A stretch of 64,000 nucleotides of DNA from Longimicrobiales bacterium. Its GTDB lineage: Bacteria; Gemmatimonadota; Gemmatimonadetes; Longimicrobiales; Gaopeijiaceae. Below are positions 58,051 to 64,000 of this stretch, in pieces. Below the pieces are notes generated by a model that was given only the letters and a program-made list of their open reading frames with translations, had not been told where the DNA came from and did no database searches. The translations under genes and the position numbers were made by a program. The first letter of the stretch is position 1; every line of letters begins with the position of its first letter. Location of the stretch: positions 1 through 64,000 of the forward strand of contig JAWLHJ010000004.1 of the NCBI GenBank assembly GCA_041690395.1. The letters run 5' to 3'.

Positions 58051-60663
58051 TCATGCTCCGTCGCTCCCCGTGCTCCCGGTCGAGAGCGTGAGCGCGCTCC
58101 CGTCCGGGGCGAGATCCACCACGACCCGGGTTCCCTCCGCGATCTCCTCGTCGAGTAGCAGCAGCGCTAGTGGATCCTGCACGTGCCGCTGTATGGAGCG
58201 CTTGAGCGGACGCGCGCCGAACACCGGATCGTAGCCCTCCTCGGCGAGGAAGCCCCGGGCCGCGTCGGTCACGTCCAGCACGACGCCGACGTCGGCCGCC
58301 AGGGCGACGACCCGCTCGAGCTGGAGGTCGACGATCCGCCTCAGCTCCGCCTCTCCGAGCGGCCTGAAGACCACGATGTCGTCGATCCGGTTCAGGAACT
58401 CGGGTCGGAAGTGATGATGCAGCTGCTGCCGCACGTCCTTCTCGACCGCGTCCCAGTCCGCCGCAGGTCCCGCCGCGAGGATGTTCTGGCTCCCGATGTT
58501 CGACGTCATGATGATGACGACGTTGCGGAAGTCCACGGTTCGGCCATGCGAGTCGGTGAGGCGTCCGTCGTCCAGGATCTGGAGGAGGACGTTGAACACC
58601 TCGGGGTGCGCCTTCTCGATCTCGTCGAAGAGAACGACCGCGTGGGGGCGGCGGCGGACCGCCTCCGTGAGCTGTCCCCCCTCCTCGAAGCCGACGTACC
58701 CGGGGGGCGCCCCGATCAGCCGCGCGACGGCATGCTTCTCCATGTACTCGGACATGTCGATGCGGACCATCGCCCGCTCGTCGTCGAAGATGAACTCCGC
58801 CAGCGCCCGCGCCGTCTCGGTCTTGCCCACGCCGGTCGGGCCGAGGAAGACGAACGAGCCCACGGGCCGGTTCGGGTCCTGGAGGCCGGCCCGGGAGCGG
58901 CGAACCGCGTTCGACACCGCCGTGACGGCCTCGTCCTGCCCGACCACCCGCTCGCCGAGGTGGTCCTCGAGATGCGTGAGCCGCTGGCGCTCCGATTCGA
59001 GCAGCCTGGACACCGGGATGCCCGTCCATTCCCCGACCACCATGGCGATGTCGTCGGCGTCGACCTCTTCGCGGAGGTACTTCTGGTCCTTCTGGAGCTC
59101 CGCCAGCCGGGCGGCGTGCTCCTCGATCTCGGTCTCGGCCTTCGGGATCTCCCCGTAGTTGATCTCCGCCGCGCGGGTGAGGTCCCCCGTGCGGGTGGCG
59201 CGCTCCGCCTCGATCCGCAGCTCGTCCACACGGGAACGGAGCGCCTGGATCTCCTCGATGACGTCCTTCTCCGCCTGCCAGCGCGCCTTCATCCCCTGGC
59301 TCTTCTCGCGCAGCTCGGCGAGCTCTTCCTCGATGGCTGTGCGGCGCTCCCGCGCGGCGCCGTCCGCTTCCTTCTGGAGCGCCTGGCGCTCGATCTCGAG
59401 CTGGACGATGCGGCGCTCCACCTCGTCGATCTCCTGCGGAAGCGAGTCGATCTCGATGCGGAGCCGGCTGGCGGCCTCGTCGATGAGGTCGATCGCCTTG
59501 TCCGGCAGGAAGCGCCCGCCGATGTAGCGGTCCGAAAGCTTGGCGGCCGCGATGACGGCATCGTCCGTGATGCGGACCCCGTGGTGGACCTCGTAGCGCT
59601 CCTTCAGCCCGCGGAGGATCGCGACGGCGTCCTCAACCGACGGTGGTGCGACGAACACGGGCTGGAAGCGGCGCTCGAGGGCGGGGTCCTTCTCGATGTG
59701 CTTGCGGTACTCGTCGAGCGTCGTGGCGCCCACGACCCGGAGCTCACCACGAGCGAGCGCCGGCTTGAGCATGTTCCCGGCGTCGACGGCACCTTCGGCC
59801 GCTCCGGCGCCCACGATCGTGTGCATCTCGTCGATGAAGATGACGTAGCGGCCCTCCGCTTCCGTGATCTCCTTGAGCACCGCCTTCATGCGCTCCTCGA
59901 ACTCGCCGCGGTACTTGGCTCCAGCCAGCATCGCGGAGATGTCGAGCATCAGGAGCTTCTTGTTGCTGAGCGAGGTGGGGATGTCGCCCTCGACCATGCG
60001 CTGGGCGAGGCCCTCGACGATGGCCGTCTTGCCGACACCCGGCTCGCCGATGAGCACCGGATTGTTCTTGGTACGGCGGGCCAGGACCTTGATGACACGG
60101 CGGATCTCCTCGTCGCGGCCGATGACGGGATCGAGCTTCCCCCTGCGGGCTTGCTCCGTGAGGTCCGTCGAGAAGCGCGCGAGAGCCTGGAAGCTGTCCT
60201 CCGGCGTCTGGTCCGTTACCCGGTGCGACCCGCGCACCGCGTCGGTCGCGGCCCGGACCTCGGACAGGTTCGCGCCGGCGTCCCGTAGGATCCGTCCCGC
60301 ATCGTCCTTCTCGCCGGTCAGCCCGAGCAGCAGATGCTCGGTGGAGACGTACTCGTCTCCCAGCTCACGGGCGGCGTCCTGAGCCGCGTCCAGGGCCTTG
60401 CGCAGATCGCGTGAAAGATGGGGCTCCGCGCCGCCCTCGACCCGGGCCATCCGGTCCAGCGCCTCGCCGACGCGCTCGCGGATCAGTCCGATCGGGACTT
60501 CCAGCTTCTGGAGGATCGGGACGACGATCCCGTCCTGCTGCTGGAGCAGCGCGTGGAGCAGATGCGCCCCATGCACCTCCGCGTTGCCGCGGTGACGGGC
60601 CTCCTCGCCGGCCGCCTGTAGCGCCTCGGCGGACTTCACGGTCAATCTATCGGCACTGAGCAT
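58051..60663 (-). CDS. clpB: ATP-dependent chaperone ClpB
   Basis: Two AAA modules ([16 protein letters not shown]), [11 protein letters not shown], full M-domain, GAPPGYVG. Confidence 0.97.
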   Translation of the reverse strand: MLSADRLTVKSAEALQAAGEEARHRGNAEVHGAHLLHALLQQQDGIVVPILQKLEVPIGLIRERVGEALDRMARVEGGAEPHLSRDLRKALDAAQDAARELGDEYVSTEHLLLGLTGEKDDAGRILRDAGANLSEVRAATDAVRGSHRVTDQTPEDSFQALARFSTDLTEQARRGKLDPVIGRDEEIRRVIKVLARRTKNNPVLIGEPGVGKTAIVEGLAQRMVEGDIPTSLSNKKLLMLDISAMLAGAKYRGEFEERMKAVLKEITEAEGRYVIFIDEMHTIVGAGAAEGAVDAGNMLKPALARGELRVVGATTLDEYRKHIEKDPALERRFQPVFVAPPSVEDAVAILRGLKERYEVHHGVRITDDAVIAAAKLSDRYIGGRFLPDKAIDLIDEAASRLRIEIDSLPQEIDEVERRIVQLEIERQALQKEADGAARERRTAIEEELAELREKSQGMKARWQAEKDVIEEIQALRSRVDELRIEAERATRTGDLTRAAEINYGEIPKAETEIEEHAARLAELQKDQKYLREEVDADDIAMVVGEWTGIPVSRLLESERQRLTHLEDHLGERVVGQDEAVTAVSNAVRRSRAGLQDPNRPVGSFVFLGPTGVGKTETARALAEFIFDDERAMVRIDMSEYMEKHAVARLIGAPPGYVGFEEGGQLTEAVRRRPHAVVLFDEIEKAHPEVFNVLLQILDDGRLTDSHGRTVDFRNVVIIMTSNIGSQNILAAGPAADWDAVEKDVRQQLHHHFRPEFLNRIDDIVVFRPLGEAELRRIVDLQLERVVALAADVGVVLDVTDAARGFLAEEGYDPVFGARPLKRSIQRHVQDPLALLLLDEEIAEGTRVVVDLAPDGSALTLSTGSTGSDGA

Positions 60664-60770
60664 CGCTTCCCCTTTCCGGCCTCGAGTTCTCGGTCATGGC
60701 CTGCCACTTCGGCAGACCCGCACGTCCATCGCCTTATAAGAACTCAAGATCCGGGCCGCCCGCTCGAAGC

Positions 60771-62207
60771 TCAGGGCAGCGGCTCCCCCAGGACCCACTT
60801 GATGCGATGCCCGGCCGGGAGGACCTCCTGCGGCGTCACCCGGTTGATACGCGCCAGCGTCTCGATCGATGCGGGAGACGGGTTGCTCTGCAGGTACGTG
60901 GAGAGCGAGGTCGCGCCACCGAGGCTCCGGATGTCGATCCGCCAGGGCTGAACGGCCAGGATGGCGCGATCGGTGAGGGGCCGGAAGCTGGTGATGGTCG
61001 CCGCGACCCTTCCAGCATGGCTCGACCACGCGGCCGCGCTCGCCCCGTAGCCGAGCATCCGGTATGTCACGCCGCCGTGGCGGACGAACGCCACCTCGCC
61101 TCGAACCGTTCCGCCCTCGGTCGTCGCCTCGAAGTCCGCCCTCGCCTTCTCTACTCCGTCCGTCGATTCCTGACGGACGGCGCCCCCCGCGATCCCCTCC
61201 TGAGCGAGGAACTCGCGCAGCGCGGCCGCTGGATCTGGCGCGTCCTGCGCCACCTCGACGGTCATGACCGCCTCTTCGCCGGGGTCGATCGCCGCCACGA
61301 CCGTGCGCTGGTTGATCGTCCGCCAGCCCGAAGGGAACGTCAGCTCGAACTCGAGATCGGGATGCACGAACCGCGTGTCCTTGAAGTATCCCTGACGGGG
61401 GTCTTCGCCGAAGAGCATGCCATCGAGGTGATCCAGGTACTGATCCCGAGCCACCGTCCCGTCGGTCGGAAAGCCCTCCGCGGCAATCTCTTCGCGGATA
61501 TTGTCCGCCCGGTTCTCCGGGTACGGGTGGGTCAGCTGCCACTCCGGAATCCGACCCTCGCCCCCGCCGCCCGCCTCCGCCAGCATCTCGAACACGCCGA
61601 TCATCGAGGTCGGGTCGTAGCCGAGACGGGAGATGTAGCGGAGCCCGAGCTCGTCCGACTGCGTCTCGTCACCTCGTGAGTAGCTGAGGTTCATGAGCTG
61701 CATGCCGGCGCTCAACAGCCCCCCGACCCTGCGGATGTCCTCGGAGAGCACCATTCCGACCCCGAGGCCGATCTGCTGGAGTTGCTGCCTGCTGATCTGC
61801 GACACCGAGTGGCGGGCGGTCACGTGTCCGATCTCATGGCCCAGAACGCCCGCGAGCTCCGCTTCCGAGTCGAAGTGCGCCAGGATGCCGCGCGTCACAT
61901 AGATGAAGCCGCCGGGAAGCGCGAAAGCGTTCACGATCGGATCGTCGATGACACGGAACGTCCACGGCAGGTCGGGACGCTCGGATACGGCCGCCAGCCT
62001 GAGGCCCAGATCCGACACGTAGCTCTGCAGCTCGGGATTCTCCACCAGGCCGAGTTGCGCGCTGATCTGCGGGTCGGCTTCCCGTCCCATCTCGATCTCC
62101 TGGGACTCGCTGACGAGCGACAGCTCGCGACGCCCTGTCGCGGGGTTGACCGAACAGGCGCCGACGACGAGCAGGAGTGCGACGAGAAGAGAGCGTTTGA
62201 GCTTCAT
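60771..62207 (-). CDS. M48-family zinc metalloprotease lipoprotein (BepA-like)
   Basis: VGAC-SVNPATG, NAFALPGG, GHEIGH, YSRGDETQSD, THP. Confidence 0.9.
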   Translation of the reverse strand: MKLKRSLLVALLLVVGACSVNPATGRRELSLVSESQEIEMGREADPQISAQLGLVENPELQSYVSDLGLRLAAVSERPDLPWTFRVIDDPIVNAFALPGGFIYVTRGILAHFDSEAELAGVLGHEIGHVTARHSVSQISRQQLQQIGLGVGMVLSEDIRRVGGLLSAGMQLMNLSYSRGDETQSDELGLRYISRLGYDPTSMIGVFEMLAEAGGGGEGRIPEWQLTHPYPENRADNIREEIAAEGFPTDGTVARDQYLDHLDGMLFGEDPRQGYFKDTRFVHPDLEFELTFPSGWRTINQRTVVAAIDPGEEAVMTVEVAQDAPDPAAALREFLAQEGIAGGAVRQESTDGVEKARADFEATTEGGTVRGEVAFVRHGGVTYRMLGYGASAAAWSSHAGRVAATITSFRPLTDRAILAVQPWRIDIRSLGGATSLSTYLQSNPSPASIETLARINRVTPQEVLPAGHRIKWVLGEPLP

Positions 62208-62298
62208 GGTACGGTCTCGCTTCGGCTTGGAGGTCGGGCATTCCGATGTTCTAATGTGCATGGATCGCATCTACACCGCATCAACCGGGCCACGCATC

Positions 62299-62631
62299 AT
62301 GCGAAACACCTTCCATACCCTCGGGGTCGTCGCCCTGTGCCTCCTGGTCGTGTCCGGATGCGACGATCGCCCCAGTGAGCGGGACCTCGCGGTCTCCCGG
62401 GCCCGCTTCGTCGACACCTACGTGGACCTCAGGGTCGAGGCGCTCCGCGCCGAAACCGAAACGCTGACCGACAGCGCACGCGCGACAGTGCTGCGCCGGC
62501 ACGGCGTAACGGAGGACGAGCTGCTCGACTTCGCCGAAGCGATGGGCGGGGACCTCGACTACATGCGGGACGTCTGGAACGAGATCGAAGCCCGCCTCGA
62601 CTCCCTCCCCCCGACGACGGAAACGCCCTGA
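62299..62631 (+). CDS. Small hypothetical lipoprotein (possibly DUF4296-like)
   Basis: Lipobox VSGC; helical; VLRRHGVTED. Confidence 0.6.
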   Translation: MRNTFHTLGVVALCLLVVSGCDDRPSERDLAVSRARFVDTYVDLRVEALRAETETLTDSARATVLRRHGVTEDELLDFAEAMGGDLDYMRDVWNEIEARLDSLPPTTETP

Positions 62632-62634
62632 GCC

Positions 62635-63234
62635 TCAGCTCGGCAGCTTGAACCCGACGGCCAAGGCGTCCCGGTCGCCGAACGTGGCGCCGAAGCGGAT
62701 CATCCAGCCAGACGTCAGGACGATGTCACCGCCGACATCGAAGGCGCCGGCGAAATCGACGCTATCACCGTCTCCGGACGCGAAGTCGAGGGCCACGTGC
62801 CCCCCTCCGTAGGGGCTGAAGATGACCCCGCTGTCGGACGATCCGCTCCACCCTACGATGATCCCGAGCGGCACGCTGACGACCGTCTCGTTCCCCACCC
62901 CGGCTCCAAGCCCGGACCACCAGGCCACGTCGATGTCGGCGTTCTCCACGCCGCGGGCGAGGAAGCCGGAGACGTCCACGCCACCGGCGATGACCGCATC
63001 GCCGGGATCGTACTCCTCGGTCACGGCGAAGCGGTAGCCGAGACCCACGGGGCCGGCTTCGTGTCGAAGGGTGGCCAGCACCCCGAGGCGGTCGCCGGTC
63101 CCGTTCAGGAAGAAGAGGCTCATTCCGGAGGGAGCGACCGGGCTGATGAACGCAGGGCTGTCCCACGCGATCTGGGCCGAAGCCGGCGTGGCCAGCACGA
63201 GGACGGCGAATAGGGCGAGGACGGACCGTTTCAA
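62635..63234 (-). CDS. Secreted beta-strand-rich protein, possible small outer-membrane barrel
   Basis: TTG start with GGAG RBS; signal ending ASA-Q; alternating hydrophobic, Gly-rich strands. Confidence 0.6.
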   Translation of the reverse strand: MKRSVLALFAVLVLATPASAQIAWDSPAFISPVAPSGMSLFFLNGTGDRLGVLATLRHEAGPVGLGYRFAVTEEYDPGDAVIAGGVDVSGFLARGVENADIDVAWWSGLGAGVGNETVVSVPLGIIVGWSGSSDSGVIFSPYGGGHVALDFASGDGDSVDFAGAFDVGGDIVLTSGWMIRFGATFGDRDALAVGFKLPS

Positions 63235-63314
63235 GGAACTCTCCCGGGGTTCACGAGGTAGCGTGCGGCGCGGTATGCGCCTGGTATCGAACATTCCTAC
63301 ACGTGAGGTTGCAA

Positions 63315-63707
63315 GTGGCGTTCCAACGTGTCTACACGGGTGCACCCTGGGAAGAGCGGGTCGGGTATTGCCGGGCGCTGCGCGCGGGCGAACGGATCTT
63401 CGTGACGGGAACCGTGGCGGTGGAGCCCGACGGCTCGGTTCACGGCCCCGGCGACGGGTACCGGCAGGCGGTTCGCGCGCTCGAGATCATCCGCGGCGCG
63501 CTCGAGGAGCTCGGCGCCGGCCCCGAGCACGTGACACGCACGCGCATGTTCGTCACGGACATCGAGCGCTGGGAGGAATACGGGCGCGCCCACGCCGAAT
63601 TCTTCGGGGAGCACCGCCCGGCCACGACGATGGTCGAGGTGAGCCGGCTCATGGACCCGGCCATGCTCATCGAGATCGAGGCGGACGCGGTGGTCCTGCA
63701 GGAGTGA
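63315..63707 (+). CDS. RidA/YjgF family protein
   Basis: WEERVGYCRA, VTRTRMFVTD, RPATTMVEV..LIEIEADA. Confidence 0.9.
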   Translation: MAFQRVYTGAPWEERVGYCRALRAGERIFVTGTVAVEPDGSVHGPGDGYRQAVRALEIIRGALEELGAGPEHVTRTRMFVTDIERWEEYGRAHAEFFGEHRPATTMVEVSRLMDPAMLIEIEADAVVLQE

Positions 63708-63720
63708 CGCGCCCCCGCGC

Positions 63721-64000
63721 TCACTCCCACTCGATCGTGGCCGGCGGCTTCGAGCTGATGTCGTAGGTCACCCGGTTCACGCCCCGCACCTCGTTGATGA
63801 TACGCGTCGAGATCCGCGCGAGCACGTCGTGCGGGAACGGGTACCAGTCCGCGGTCATGCCGTCGCGTGACGTGACGGCCCGGAGAGCGAGCACGTTCTC
63901 ATAGGTGCGGGCGTCGCCCATGACGCCCACCGACTGGACCGGAAGCAGCACCGCGAACGCCTGCCAGATCTCGTCGTACAGACCCGCTTCGCGGATCTCC
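63721..64000 (-). CDS. guaA: GMP synthase, C-terminal part (5'-truncated by the window edge)
   Basis: [40 protein letters not shown]. Confidence 0.97.
   Translation of the reverse strand, partial: EIREAGLYDEIWQAFAVLLPVQSVGVMGDARTYENVLALRAVTSRDGMTADWYPFPHDVLARISTRIINEVRGVNRVTYDISSKPPATIEWE

Noticed and set aside
57961..58064. clpB UGA sits in a hairpin loop, and readthrough would give U-R-A-C in an open frame to the next gene
   Set aside because: ClpB is complete at the stop, fusion to a lipoprotein makes no sense, the stem surrounds the UGA rather than following it, and open frames are common at this GC content.

Overview
High-GC bacterial chromosomal window, densely coding, with no rRNA, tRNA, CRISPR array or mobile element detected. 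The gene mix (SusC/SusD pairs, DUF1552/DUF1592, DUF3127, DUF4159) suggests Gemmatimonadota or another FCB-related lineage; this is inference. Left part (1-19 kb): 3' end of a PQQ dehydrogenase, a DUF1592-DUF1552-ankyrin operon, and two SusC/SusD pairs, each next to a copy of the same small lipoprotein family. Centre (19-32.5 kb), the strongest candidate for an undescribed system: MoxR, DUF58, BatA, a DUF4175-like::DUF4159 fusion, a membrane protein, Tat-TldD, TldE, a second Tat-TldD and TlpA. Right part: housekeeping genes (purH, purN, A-type Fe-S carrier, gmhB, selA, valS, aminotransferase, rsmI, trxA, mce, clpB, guaA). It also holds a second, unfused DUF4159 + DUF4175-like + TPR + secreted GATase-like module coupled to a JAB-DinG helicase. 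Domain names come from motifs I recognised by eye, not from database searches. Start codons were re-picked using RBS and stop/start overlaps.
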